Part shown: positions 11,011-23,001 of the stretch, piece after piece
Layout of the letters: every line of letters begins with the position of its first letter
Numbering within the stretch: position 1 is the stretch's first letter
Assembly (NCBI RefSeq): GCF_006345805.1
Contig: NC_043005.1
Coordinates: 16,182,001 to 16,246,000, forward strand
Reading direction: 5' to 3'
DNA: 64,000 nucleotides
From: Octopus sinensis
Taxonomy: Eukaryota
Made by a program: the position numbers and the translations under genes
Notes under the pieces: generated by a model
The model's input: the letters and a program-made list of their open reading frames with translations, nothing else
Told to the model about the DNA's origin: nothing
Database searches by the model: none

Positions 11011-13555
11011 GAACGGGCGGAGTTCTCGTCGGGTCCAAGAGCGAGGTGCATGCGGCGCGTATGCGTGCACGAACCGGCGCAAGCGCGTGTGTGCGCGCGC
11101 CTGCGAGTATGCGCGTAAGTATGTATGTGTGTGGATGTGTGAGTGTGTCTGTGTGTATGTCTGGGTGGCAGTGTGTCCGATGAATGTATGTGAGTATGTG
11201 TGTATGTAGTGTGTGCATAGATGTATGTCCGTGTGGGTGTGTGTGTGTGTATGTGTATGAGTGTGTATGTATGTACGTGTGGGTGTGGGGAAGTGTGTGT
11301 ATGTGCATGTGTGTGCGCGTACATACAGGTGTGTGAGTGAGTGTGTGTGTGTGTATGTATGTGTGAGTGTGTATGTATGTGGTGTAGGATGCATGTATGT
11401 GTATGGGTGTTTGTATGCGTGTGTGGTGTATGTATGTATGTGTACGTGCGTGTGTGTGTGTGTATGCGTGTAGGTGTGCGCGTGTGCATGCATGCATGCA
11501 TGCATGTGCGTATGTGTGTGTGTGTGTGCATGTGTGTGGGTATATATGTATGTGCGTATATGTGTGTGTATGTGCGTACATGTGTGTGTGTGTATGCATG
11601 TGTGTGTATGTAGGTGTGGTAGGGTGTGTGTATAGGTGTATGTATGTAAGTATGTATGGGTGTGTCCGTGTATGTGTGTGTATGTATGTGTGTGCATGTA
11701 GGTGTGTGGGCGTGTGTATATGTGTGTGTATGTAGGTGTGTGGGCGTGTGTATATAGGTGTTTGTGTGTATGTCTGGGTGTGTCCGTGCATGTTTGTGTG
11801 TGTGTGTGTATGCATGTGTATGTAGGTGTGTGTGTACGTGTGTAATGTATGTGTGTATGCGTGTGTATGCGTGCGGTGTGTGTATGTAGGTGCTGTGTGT
11901 ATGTGTGTGGAGTGTAGGTGTGTGTGTGCGTGTGCGTGTTTATGTTGGTGTGTGCGTATGTGAGTGTGAGTGTATGGGTGTTTGTCATGCATGTGTGTGC
12001 GCGTGCGGGTGAGTGTGTGTGTAAGTATGTGTGTGTGTATGTTTGTGTGAGTGTGTATGTGTGTATGTCTGTGTGTATGTATGTGCGTATAGGAGTATGT
12101 AGGTATGTGTGTGTGTATGTATATGGGTGTATGTATGTATGTGTGTGTGTGTGCATGTGTATAAGTATATGTGTGTGTGCGTATGTGTGTGTATGTGTAT
12201 GTGTGTGTGTTTATGTATGTGTGTATGTATGTGTGTAGGCGTGTGTGTGTAGATGTATGTATGTATGGGTGTGTGTCTGTGTGTGTTTGTGTGTGTGTGT
12301 AGGTAGATGTGTGTGTCTGAGTGAGGGTATGGCTGTGTAGGTGTGTGTGTGTATGAATGTAAGTGTGTGTGTATACAAGTGTAATGTATGTATGTAGGTG
12401 TGTGTGTGTGTCTATGTGTACGTGTGCGTGTGTATGTGTGTGTGTGTATGCGTGTGAGTGTGAGTGTATGGGTGTATGTCTGTGTGTGTGTATGTCTGAA
12501 GTAGGTATGTGTGTGTATGTATGTATGTGTGTGTGTGCAGGTATGTGTGTGTGTGTGTATGTTTGTGTGTGAGTAGGTGTGCGTGTATGTATGTGGGTAG
12601 GGATGCATGCGAGTGTGTGGGTATGTATGCATACATACGCATGCGCACATCCGAAGCAAGCCCACACACACGAAGCGCGCTCACGCACACAACGCACAAG
12701 CAGTACAACGCAGGCCCAAGGGGACGACCAAGCCCCCAGCGCGCGCCAAGGCGCGCGAGCGCAAAGGCCCTCGAACGCCCCGCTACGCGGGAACCGAGGA
12801 TCCATCAGCCAAAACCGGAAAGAAAAGAGGGGGGCTGCCTGGATGCAAAAAGGTGTATGTGTGTGTGCATTCAGTGTAAGGGTGTGCATGTGTGGGTATG
12901 TATGTATGTATGTGACTACATGTATGTGTGCATGTGTGTGTGTGTGAAGTATGTACGTGCGGTGTGTGTGTGTGAGTGTGTGTGTATGTATGTGCGTATG
13001 TATGTGTGTGTATGTGTGTATGTATGTCTGTGTGCGTGTGTGTGTGTAAGTATGTATGTGTGTGCGTATGTATGTATGTGTGTGTGTATGTGCATGTTGG
13101 TTTGTATGTTAGTGTGTGCTAGTATGTCTGTAAGTGTGTGTGATTAAATGTGTGAATGTATGTACGTAGATGGGTCTACGTATGTGTGTGTGTGAACAGG
13201 CGTGTGGGAGGTAGGTGGGTGGGTGTGTGTGGGTGGTGTGTCCACAAGAAAAAAAAAACGGATCTCAAGAGGAGGGGGCTGTGTTAAGTCCGTGTGGGGT
13301 GGTAGTTTGTAGGGTGAAGATGTAGCGTTGCTCCAAGTGGAGCCTGGAAAGTGGGCGACCATTGTGGGGGGCGAGACCAAACACTGAGATGTCATCTAGG
13401 GAATGGCCGGCCGAGCGGAAGTGGCGTGCGACGGGAGAAAAAGAGTGTAGGCGAACGTCCCTCAAGTGTTCAGTGAAACGGTCGGACAATCGGCGTCCCG
13501 TCTGTCCTACATACAGCATCCCGCATAGGTTGCATTTAATGCAGTAAATAAGGCC
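11011..13555 (-). mobile_element. 5'-truncated Penelope-like element: GIY-YIG domain plus long CA-rich 3' region
   Basis: GIY-YIG coding at 13265-13555; the distal non-coding part (~11025-11430) is homologous, inverted, to ~16240-16640. Confidence 0.75.
13265..13555 (-). pseudogene. PLE GIY-YIG endonuclease fragment
   Basis: GLIYCIKCNLCGMLYVGQTGRRLSDRFTEH...VARHF...EQRYIFTLQTTTPHGLN, typical of the PLE C-terminal endonuclease. Confidence 0.9.
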
Positions 13556-13647
13556 ATATGTATATATATATATATATATGCATGTAAGTATACTAGTAGA
13601 GATACCCGGCGTTGCTCGGGATAAAACGGCATAGGTTTTTTATTGTG

Positions 13648-13938
13648 TTACTTGATTCAATCATGTGACTGTGGCCATGCTGGAGCACCACCTTTAGTTG
13701 AACAAATAGACGCCGGGATTTCTTCTTAGTAAGTCTAGTACTTATTCCATAGGTGTCTTGTGCCGAATCGCTAAGTTACGGGGACGTAAACACAGCAACA
13801 TCGGTTATCAAGCGATGGTGGGGTACACAGACAAACAGACAGACACACACACACACAAATACACACATATACGACAGTTTTCTTTCAGTTTCTGTATATG
13901 AAATACACTCAGAAGGCTTTGGTAGGCCTGAGGCTATA

Positions 13939-13940
<2 letters not shown>
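13648..13940 (-). mobile_element. SINE family B, 5'-truncated
   Basis: Matches the SINE-B 3' half and part of the 5' half. Confidence 0.8.
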
Positions 13941-14016
<76 letters not shown>

Positions 14017-14282
14017 TCATGTGTGTGTATGTATGTGTATATATACATATATACATACATATATATATATATATATTATATATACATATATATACACATA
14101 TATATGCATATATATATACATATATATAAATATATATATAAACATGCATATATATACACACACATATATATGCACATATATGCATACATGTATATACATA
14201 CATATATATCTATATATAAAGATATACATAAATTTGTGTGTGTGTATATATATATATATGCATACATGTATATCTATACATA
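13940..14282. repeat. (TA)n/(TACA)n compound microsatellite
   Basis: Direct inspection. Confidence 0.9.
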
Positions 14283-14841
14283 GTGAAACTGTTAAAAGTG
14301 AAAGAATATAAGTGAAATTATTACAAGTGGAACAGTATAAAAGTGAAACAATATAAATGTGAAACTATTTATAACTTACTCCGTCGAAGTTTTCACTTTT
14401 AATCCTCGGGGTTTGAGACGTAATATTGAACCAGTGCCAATGTTGCATTGTTTCAATCCCAAAAAATAATATGTTGACATTCCTGGGGTCTCATAGTCTT
14501 GCCATGTAAAATTTGATTTGATTTGGTTGAGCCGTTCGAGAATGCATTGGGAACGGACAAAGATACACAAGATTTTATATATAGATATATATATAATGAA
14601 ACTGACAAGGTTCGTGTCTCCGAATGCTTATATGTAATTCAAGTGTGCCTAATGAGGCAAATAGCAACTCCACCCCGTAACTTGTGTCAAATATTCCGTA
14701 TTTTCTACATGTGGTATATTTGGGTCCTTTCTGTTTGTTTGTTTATTTCATTTAAACATTAACGACATAGCACCCACTACCTGTTGAGTCGTTGTGTATT
14801 CTCATTTAATGAATCATTCAGTTTAGTTCTGCGCATACCTT

Positions 14842-14945
14842 TATACATACATACCTACATACATATATATATATAAATAGAATATATATATATGTATATA
14901 TATATATATGTATATATATTCATGTGTGTGTATGTATGTATATAT

Positions 14946-14980
<35 letters not shown>

Positions 14981-15142
14981 CATATATACACATATATATG
15001 CATATATATATACATAAATATATATATACATATATATATATGTAGACATATATACATATGTAAACATACATGCGGAGATACATATATATACATATATATA
15101 TAAATATATATATAAACATGCATATTTCTACATACATATATA
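14842..15142. repeat. (TA)n/(TACA)n compound microsatellite
   Basis: Direct inspection. Confidence 0.9.
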
Positions 15143-15465
15143 GTATGTGTGTTTTTGTGTATCATAGCATATATTCTGGAGACTTTAAGTTGAAGTTCGC
15201 ATGTACTGTAAAACACGTTGTCTGTCTTTCACTTAATATTTCAAATTGAAGGTATATATTGTAGTTATGAGAATTTAATTTCTTGCATAAGTACAGAATC
15301 AGAAACTTATCGGGAGTATGATAGTGTTACTTGTAGTCCGTTCAAAAGATATATTAACGATACATGGGAAGAATGACAATGATTATGATATTGCTGTTTT
15401 CGTTTAACCCTAAGTCATCCCTGATTGAGCAGACCTGCGAACATCCAGGTTTGTTTTAAGTATAA

Positions 15466-15864
15466 CTAGCAGTATCGCCCGGCGTTGCTCGGGTTTGTAA
15501 GGGAAATAACTATATAAGCATTTTTAGAGATGTAAAGTATAATAGCCATCTCAATATGGCTAACCACAAAGGGGGGGGGGGGGTTACTGTAGCTTTTTAC
15601 GTTCTGAGATTTAATAATAAACTTTTAGAGAGTTACTTCCCTTATATATGCCAAAAATGTATTAAAAATGGGAAAATTGATGGAAAATTTTTTTTTAAAA
15701 TCGTAGACTCATCGTAGACGCGCGCTAATACCCAGAAGGGCTCGATATGAATCACGACTATAAGATACTCGTCTTGGTTAAACTGCACCGGAAAATGTGG
15801 GAGTAGTTAGGATTCTAAATCGTAGGAGACAGACAGCACACAACCTCACTTTTATATATAAAGA
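15466..15864 (-). mobile_element. Non-autonomous Helitron (same family as 48743-49240)
   Basis: Minus strand 5' TCTTTATATATAAAAGT; 3' CCCGAGCAACGCCGGG hairpin then CTAG; A^T insertion site. Confidence 0.82.
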
Positions 15865-16229
15865 TATGTTTCGCCAGTTACTTTAAGCATCGTGTTATTC
15901 CGCTTCCTTAGAAAAGAATGGTATGGTGTGATATCACACACCCATGTTAGACCATGAGAAATCTATGGCCAGTAAATTACGCAGCCATAACAAATATCGC
16001 CCATTCTGTTTCTGGGGAAGAGGTTGAAATATCAGTTGGAATGGTTAAATTAATATTATCATGTAAATTTTTAATCACATGGTGAAAGGAGAAAGGTCAG
16101 TGACCATGACCGAAGCTGGTTGGAGGGAGCTAGGGAAATATTGAAAGGAGAAAACCAGAGTTGCATGTGTGCAACAGCGTTCGCTTTACTTAAGGAACAC
16201 AAGAGTCATATGAAGAAACATTCAAACGA

Positions 16230-17460
16230 TAATTGGAAATACGTACACATACATACACACACACATACATACACCCATACACATACATGCATCCTACACA
16301 CACATACATACACACACACACACTCACTCACAAACCTGTATGTACGCGCACACACATGCACATACACACACTTCCACACACCCACACGTACATACATACA
16401 CACTCATACACATACACACACACACACACACGGACATACATCTATGCACACACATATATACACACATACTTACATACATTCATCGGACACACTGACACCC
16501 AGACATACACACAGACACACTCACACATCCACACACATAGATACTTACACACACACTCGCAGGCGCGCGCACACACGCGCTTGCGCCGGTTCGCGCACGC
16601 ATACGCGCATGCATGCACCTCGCTCTTGGACCCGACGAGACCACCCGCTCATTTCTGGGGCCGTCGCCTGTCGTTGGGTTCTCCCACGCCCGTCTCCGCG
16701 GGACTACTCTTCCATCTTCCCCTCAGCTGAAGTCCTTTTTCCTTATAACCCCCCCTTTTTTTGTTACACACATGCGCACACATACATACACCCACTCACA
16801 CACACACATTTGCTTAAATATATACATTACTCTTACACACACTTCAAATCTACTCGCTATACATACAACTACGACACTGGACACACACACACTACTACTC
16901 AACACACACGCTGGCACGTTACATACGCCCCCACCCCTTCCCCTCCCTCCCTTCCCCTCCCTCCCTTCCTCCTTTCTTCATTTTTTTTTTTTTTTACTAC
17001 TGACCACTGTCTGTTATGCCTACTACTGTTCGCCCTACCTCACACGCCTACACACAGACGCACACACTAACATATACATATATTTTTTGTTTTTTATCTC
17101 GCCTCACACACACATACACACATGCACACGCAACACACTCACACATACACACACATCTGTGCGTTACCAACCTTGTCTCCACTCTTTTGGCTTTAAAAAC
17201 CTACTTTGCTCTCGTTATCGTAAACTTCCGCCTTCACCATGTGTACTTCGTAAACACAGTCGTTTTTTTTTTCTTCCTCTTGTTGCCCACCTTTGGATCT
17301 TTTCTCCTCTCTCTTCCTTCTTTATGTTTCCGACGAAGAGCTCCGCTCGAAACGTCATGCCTTCCTGCTTCATCTTTTCCTGAGCGCCTATTAATAATAA
17401 TAACTGTAATTTTCCACGTGTTGTTTGTTTTTTCTGTTTTCCGTTTGGGATTAAAATTCT
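16230..17460 (+). mobile_element. 3' region of the PLE family seen at 11011-13555, opposite orientation, with a hammerhead-like motif near its end
   Basis: Unique interruptions in the CA tract and the GC island (GCGCCGGTTCG...CCTCGCTCTTGGACCCGACGAG) match the reverse complement of ~11025-11430; motif at 17330-17357. Confidence 0.75.
17330..17357 (+). ncRNA. Minimal hammerhead-like motif (variant core)
   Basis: CCGACGA-A-GAGC-tcc-GCTC-GAAA-CG-TC; U4C variant, no clear stem I. Confidence 0.5.
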
Positions 17461-17473
17461 ATAATATATATAG

Positions 17474-17510
<37 letters not shown>

Positions 17511-17579
17511 ATATATATATATATATATGTACGCGCAACAACAACACACACACACCACACACACATGATATATATATGA

Positions 17580-17871
17580 TTGTATCGACCAGATTATCGC
17601 ATATGGTTGTACACCGCTGGTCACAATGCGCTTTTTCGCATCATTATACCTTTCGAATGGTGCCATCCCACTGGGTAGACATGTAGGCCAACATTTTCCT
17701 TGAACAGAATACCACTCCGTCGTAGGAACGTTTACCCATTTACAGGTAAGTGGACTGGAGCAACGGAAAATGAAGTGTTTTGCTCAATAACTGAACGCCG
17801 ATCTGGGAATCGAAAACCTTCATCTTGCGATCGTGAATGCAACACCCTAACTGTTTAATCATGCGCCTTCA
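17580..17871 (-). mobile_element. tRNA-headed SINE related to family C, with CORE-like segment
   Basis: Minus strand GTGAAGGCGCATG...GTTTTCGATTCCCAGA...TTGAGCAAAACACTTCATTTTCCGTTGCTCCAGTCCAC. Confidence 0.6.
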
Positions 17872-17872
17872 C

Positions 17873-17902
<30 letters not shown>

Positions 17903-17903
<1 letters not shown>

Positions 17904-18080
17904 CTAGCCACTAAACCTTTTTTATTTTCTCTCTCTGTTGATTTCTGTGTTCCCCTCTGTTGAAGAGCGTAAGCTCGAAATGTAAAAGACTTTCTTACTT
18001 CCCGAGTGTTAAACTAATACATCTTTCTGTTATTTGCACACCCATCTTCGTCTTTTTTTGTTTATTTTTTTCGTAAATTC

Positions 18081-18085
<5 letters not shown>
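17903..18085 (+). mobile_element. Short TA-flanked element (probable PLE terminal fragment) with degenerate hammerhead-like motif
   Basis: CTGTTGA-A-GAGC-gtaa-GCTC-GAAA-TG-TA at 17957-17984; (TA)n on both sides. Confidence 0.5.
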
Positions 18086-18153
<68 letters not shown>

Positions 18154-18211
18154 TAAATGAAGAATGGAGTCGAACGTCCTTTTGTTTCGTCTTGTGGCTG
18201 AGAGAGGCTCC

Positions 18212-18300
18212 TTATCTTCCTGATGAGAAGATTGCATAATGCACCCTTTATATTCCTTCGGAATAAAAGTATCCTGTCTTCGAAATATGTGTCGAGAGTA
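18212..18300 (+). ncRNA. Type I hammerhead ribozyme candidate, canonical core
   Basis: CTGATGA (18220-26), stem II GAAGA/TCTTC enclosing an extended hairpin, GAAA (18282-85), GTC (18291-93), short stem I TTC/GAG. Confidence 0.65.
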
Positions 18301-19105
18301 AAGGAATTTTGTTAACATCTTCGTTCGCTCCGTCAATTTCCATTTTTTCATTATTCATATAAAAACACACACATTTTCCACACAAGAACCCGGAGTCTCT
18401 ACCCTTGACAGATCGCTTCAACCGTGTTTTCTGACGTGAATTTGCTACCCAGTTATAGGTTAAACGAATTTTCCATGCTAGGATAATTCATTCACCTACT
18501 TAAATATATATATATATATATATAAAATTACTAATATTTTAACAATGTCGTCAAGTTCAGTATTCTGAACACATCTTCGAATATGCTTCGGTATTATTAA
18601 CTTGAGCATACTTCTGATATTCCCTTTCTTGAATCTTGCTGAATTTGACCTCATATCGAACCAGCAGTATGTAAACATTCCATTGTTCTTCTGTGCCCTT
18701 GGAACATTTTCCATTTTCAAAAGTGTGCACGCAAAAGTGAACCGGTTTCAACCGCTTTTCGACCTCTGTGTCGGAACATTGGCGTGCGCACGTGAATGTA
18801 TGTATAAACATGCATAATGAATACATATGTACAGACATACATACATACAAACATGCATACATGTATGTCAGCTCACTTTTAGTGCTGCTGGTAATAAGTA
18901 ACCCAACACAACGTGTCGTATTTTGGGGCTGTCAGCGACTAAACCGGCAACAATACCACGCTTGCTTTGTAAGGAGGTGGCTTTCGTCGGACATCTTGTA
19001 GGATAAAAAAAATTGTAAAAAGACGGATGAACTTAGTAGAGTCAACGGCCATCCAACAGCTGGGAGTGAGAGACTCTGATACTTTGTTTAGACATCTCTA
19101 TTGGC

Positions 19106-19529
19106 TAGTGGTTCTGAACCGGTATCCATTTGATCCCTTAGATTTCATATAAAATCTGAGGAGGGATCCACGCAAGCAAAATAGTAAATTAAGAACCCAC
19201 AGTAAGTTGTGAAGGGTTCATGAAAAGATTTTGCCTCAGATGTATATATTGCAAGATACATCAAGATTTCTTTCTCTAACGTTTTACTTTGTTCAGACTA
19301 CACAAGTGTGAAAAGTAAAATAAGAATTTTACAAGTATTTATAGGCGTAGGAGTGGCTGTGTGGTAAGTAGCTTGTATACGAACCAACCACATGGTTCTG
19401 GGTTCAGTCCCACTGCGTGCCACTTTGGGCAAGTGTCTTCTACTTTAGCCTCGGGCCGACCAAAGCCTTGTGAGTGGATTTGGTAGACGGAAACTGGAAG
19501 ACCGTCGTATATATATATTATTATATATA

Positions 19530-19572
<43 letters not shown>

Positions 19573-19877
19573 ATACGTGTGTGTTGTGTGTGTTTGTCCC
19601 CCAACATCACTTGACAACCGATGATGGTGTTTTTTAGTTCGTCCCGTAACTTAGAAGTTCGGCAAAGAGACCGATAGAATAAGTACTAGGCTTACAAAGA
19701 ATAAGTCCTGGGGTCGATTTTCTCGACGATGGGTGGGGCTCCATCATGGACACAGTCAAATGACTGCAACAAGTAAAAGTGTAGTATCTATAAAACATGG
19801 TTTTTAACCATGGGGTCCACCAGAGTAGAATAGTTATCAGAGGGTTCCATAGATTAAAAAATGTTTGAGACCCACTG
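19106..19877. mobile_element. hAT-like MITE remnant interrupted by SINE-B
   Basis: Termini TAGTGGTTCTGAAC and GTTTGAGACCCACTG resemble CAGTGGTTCTCAA-type TIRs; no clean TSD. Confidence 0.45.
19344..19779 (+). mobile_element. SINE family B, full length
   Basis: GGCGTAGGAGTGGCTGTGTGG head, GGTTCAGTCCC B-box, CORE-like TTGGGCAAGTGTCTT, internal TA/TG tract; TSD-like AGTAT(T/C)TATA. Confidence 0.88.
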
Positions 19878-20302
19878 CGCTAGGTTAAGGAATGCTTTAG
19901 TGTAGCCTTCGTTTCAATCCAACGACGTAAACTAGTTCTTTTTGGGAGGGCAAAAGAATTCGTTACTCAGAGAGTGGCATTGATCCAGTACGAAACCTTT
20001 CTTCACTTTAAAAAGCTTCAGGCATAGACATCGCTTGAATTTTTTAACATTTTTCTTGTGCGTTACATTTTATGGCTGGACAAAACCAAAAAACGCCAAT
20101 CAACAATGAAATTTTCTTTGATGGAATGAAGACTTATGACAGCGTGGGTGGTGACTCTCTGAACACCTGCTGCATAAAGCACCCACCGTTTCCACATCTG
20201 TGGGAAAGAGTGTAAATCCTTAGCAGAACTGAAAAGCCACACCCATGCTGCTTTAAGTGAGCATTGAAGCTATAGTTTTCTCGACATTGAGTTGCAGTCA
20301 TC

Positions 20303-21037
20303 ATGTATGTATATATGTGTGTATGTATGTATGTATGTATGTATGTATGTATGTATGTATGTATGTATGTATGCATGTATGTATGTATGTATGTATGTAT
20401 GTATGTATGTATGTATTTATGTATGTATGTATGTATGCATGTATGTACGTATACTCTTTTACTCTTTTACTTGTTTCAATCATTTGACTGTGACCATGCT
20501 GGAGCACCGCCTTTAGGCGACCAAATCGACCCCAGGACTTATTCTTTGTAAGCCTAGTACTTATTCTATCGGTATCTTTTGCCGAACCGCTACGTTACGG
20601 GGACGTAAACACATCGGTTGTCAAGTGATGTTGCGGTGGGGGTGGTGGGGGAAACTTATACACACACACACATGTATATACATGTGTGTGTATATACATG
20701 TGTGTATATACATGTATATACATGTATATACATGTATATACATGTGTGTATATACATATATTCGACGGGCTTCTTTCAGTTTCCGTCTACCAAATCTACT
20801 CAAGGCTTTGGTCGGCCCTAGGCTATAGTAGAAAACACTTGCCCAAGGTGACACGCAGTGGGACTGAACCCGGAACCATGTGGTTGGTAAGGAAGCTACT
20901 CACCACAGAGCCACTCCTACGCCTACATGTATGTATGTATGTATGTATGTATGTATGTATGTATGTATGTATGTATGTATGTATGTATGTATGTATGTAT
21001 GTATGTATGTATGTATGTTTGTATGTATGTATGTATG

Positions 21038-21066
<29 letters not shown>
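20303..21066. repeat. (ATGT)n tract split by a SINE-B insertion
   Basis: Direct inspection. Confidence 0.9.
20453..20923 (-). mobile_element. SINE family B, full length
   Basis: Reverse complement of the SINE-B consensus with (GTAAAAGA)n tail. Confidence 0.88.
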
Positions 21067-21068
<2 letters not shown>

Positions 21069-21429
21069 GTACGTGCTCATGGAGTTATTTTTGATTTTCT
21101 GCTGAACAGATTCCATCACACCTCACCTCTTCTCTTCTGGACGGCAAGAAATATATAACCCTTCGCCGTAACTTGATCCGTCCTTCTTCATGAAGCTTTA
21201 CCCGGGGACAACATATCAATTTTGTATTGCTCCATCGTGCTTTCCATCTACTCCAGTCTTCCACACGATCACAATGTTCGAACATTCCATCACGTATTCT
21301 AAAATTTCTATTTATAAAGTCTGATATTTTAAACAGTCTGTTTGCTCGCGATTGGAGCCATTAATATGTTGTAGTTTTCGTTATTGTTAACATTCGTATT
21401 ATTTTTTTGTTATGCATCTATAAATAATC

Positions 21430-22125
21430 CAACCACAGAAGACATTGTCGGAAGAGGGATGTGATAGGATATCAGCAAGGGACATGAAAATGATGACTGG
21501 TGATTTAAATCCGAAAGCTGGCAATAGCAACAAAAATATGGATCAGACGATCTATATGAATAGGCCTGGAGATACGAATGAGAATGCTGTAAGACCTATC
21601 AGCTTCCTTTAGCCAACAATTTTATCATAGGGGATATTTTCTTTAAACACTAGGATATATTATAAATAATGGCTCTTGTTATTCATTGAAGAACTAGCAA
21701 AAGCCATTGAACAATTGAAAGAAAATCAGAAAGGCTCCGAGGTTAGATGGAATTGCAGAGGAAATTCTTAAACGAAATAAGCACATAATTGCAAAATATT
21801 ACTAAAGCTGTTTCATAATATATGGAAGACTGAAAAGATATCTAAAGAGTGGAAGCGCAGTGTAGCGAATGGGATATCAAAATTGCATGATCTCAGAGAG
21901 TGGCAACTGAAGGAGTAAGATTGATCAAGTTCTTTTTCAAAGGATTCAGTTGTTTGGTTTGGAAACTTACCAAGATATGAACAGATAGGCTTGCTGTGAT
22001 CATCTGGTTGTAGTGACAAGATATTTTGCCCTGGCTTGCTCTACAACAATATATCAAATTCAGACAGCCCTTGATAATGACTTTGATAGACTCTGAAACT
22101 CTGAAAGGTTTTGCTATTATATGTA
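21430..22125 (+). mobile_element. Highly decayed RTE-like LINE (endonuclease and RT pieces)
   Basis: MTGDLNPKAG, DTNENA, ANNFIIGDIFFKH, EELAKAIEQLK..KAPRLDGIAEEILK, LFHNIWKTEKISKEWK in broken frames. Confidence 0.65.
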
Positions 22126-22367
22126 CATAGGGTTGTCGTTTAGAAGGTACTACATTATGATTTGCCAGAAAGAAGGGCAACCAATTACAGGAAGCGTATC
22201 GAAACCTGAAAGCAATGAAGTCATAAAAGAATCATCTATAACTTGCAGTAAGCAACATTTATTAAAATAAAAGTATTCAGAACACAGAATAACATATAAC
22301 AAAAACAATTTGCAAACATATTTACATTCCCATATAACAGTTAAGAACATCACAATTATTGTATTAC

Positions 22368-22539
22368 GCTTGCGCGGAAGTGTTTGTTCGACTAGGTGCT
22401 GCTAGCTTAATTACGCACGACACAAGTTAGAGAAGGAGTGCGTATTATACACAAGGTTTAAGTTTTTCAGAGGTACAGCCCCCTAAAAACCCCCTGCGTA
22501 TTATACTCAAGGGCGGACTATACTCGAAGATTTACAGTA
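22368..22539. mobile_element. pogo/Tc2-like MITE right end
   Basis: Ends TATACTCGAAGATTTACAG-TA with subterminal TGCGTATTATAC repeats; left end not found. Confidence 0.4.
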
Positions 22540-22629
22540 TTTAAAAAAAACCCTGATGTGACGAAAACAGAGCAAGCAGTCAGAAGAAAAGTACATACTA
22601 GAGGAGTTAAAATATTTTGGAACATATAT

Positions 22630-23001
22630 TTGGAAGCACTCCGTCGGTTACGACGACGAGGGTTCCGGTTGATCCGAATCAACGGAACAGCCTGCTCGTG
22701 AAATTAACGTGTAAGTGGCTGAGCACTCCACAGACACGTGTACCCTTAACGTAGTTCTCGGGGATATTTAGCGTGACACAGAGAGTGACAAGGCCGGCCC
22801 TTTGAAATACAGGTACAACAGAAACAGGAAGTAAGAGTGAGAGAAAGTTGTGGTAAAAGAGTACAGCAGGGATCGCCACCATCCCCTGCCGGAGCCTCGT
22901 GGAGCTTTAGGTGTTTTCGCTCAATAAACACTCACAACGCCCGGTCTGGGAATCGAAACCGCGAGTCCGCTGCTCTAACCACTGGGCCATTGCGCCTCCA
23001 C
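22630..23001 (-). mobile_element. SINE family C (tRNA-like head), full length with 14-bp TSD
   Basis: Head GTGGAGGCGCAATGGCCCAGTGGTTAG...GGTTTCGATTCC; TSD TTTGGAACATATAT at 22616-29 and 23002-15. Confidence 0.9.

Larger units (their letters stand above)
13593..14585 (-). mobile_element. Non-autonomous Helitron with nested SINE-B and TA tract
   Basis: Minus strand starts TCTATATATAAAA and ends with hairpin CCCGAGCAACGCCGGG then CTAG; inserted between A and T. Confidence 0.7.

Noticed and set aside
10932-13147. Long His/Thr-rich and Cys/Val-rich ORFs (up to 630 aa)
   Set aside because: Translations of stop-poor CA/TG repeats in several frames.
22940-23001. tRNA gene
   Set aside because: A and B boxes are present but this is the head of a repeated SINE with no complete cloverleaf; the same holds for other SINE heads.
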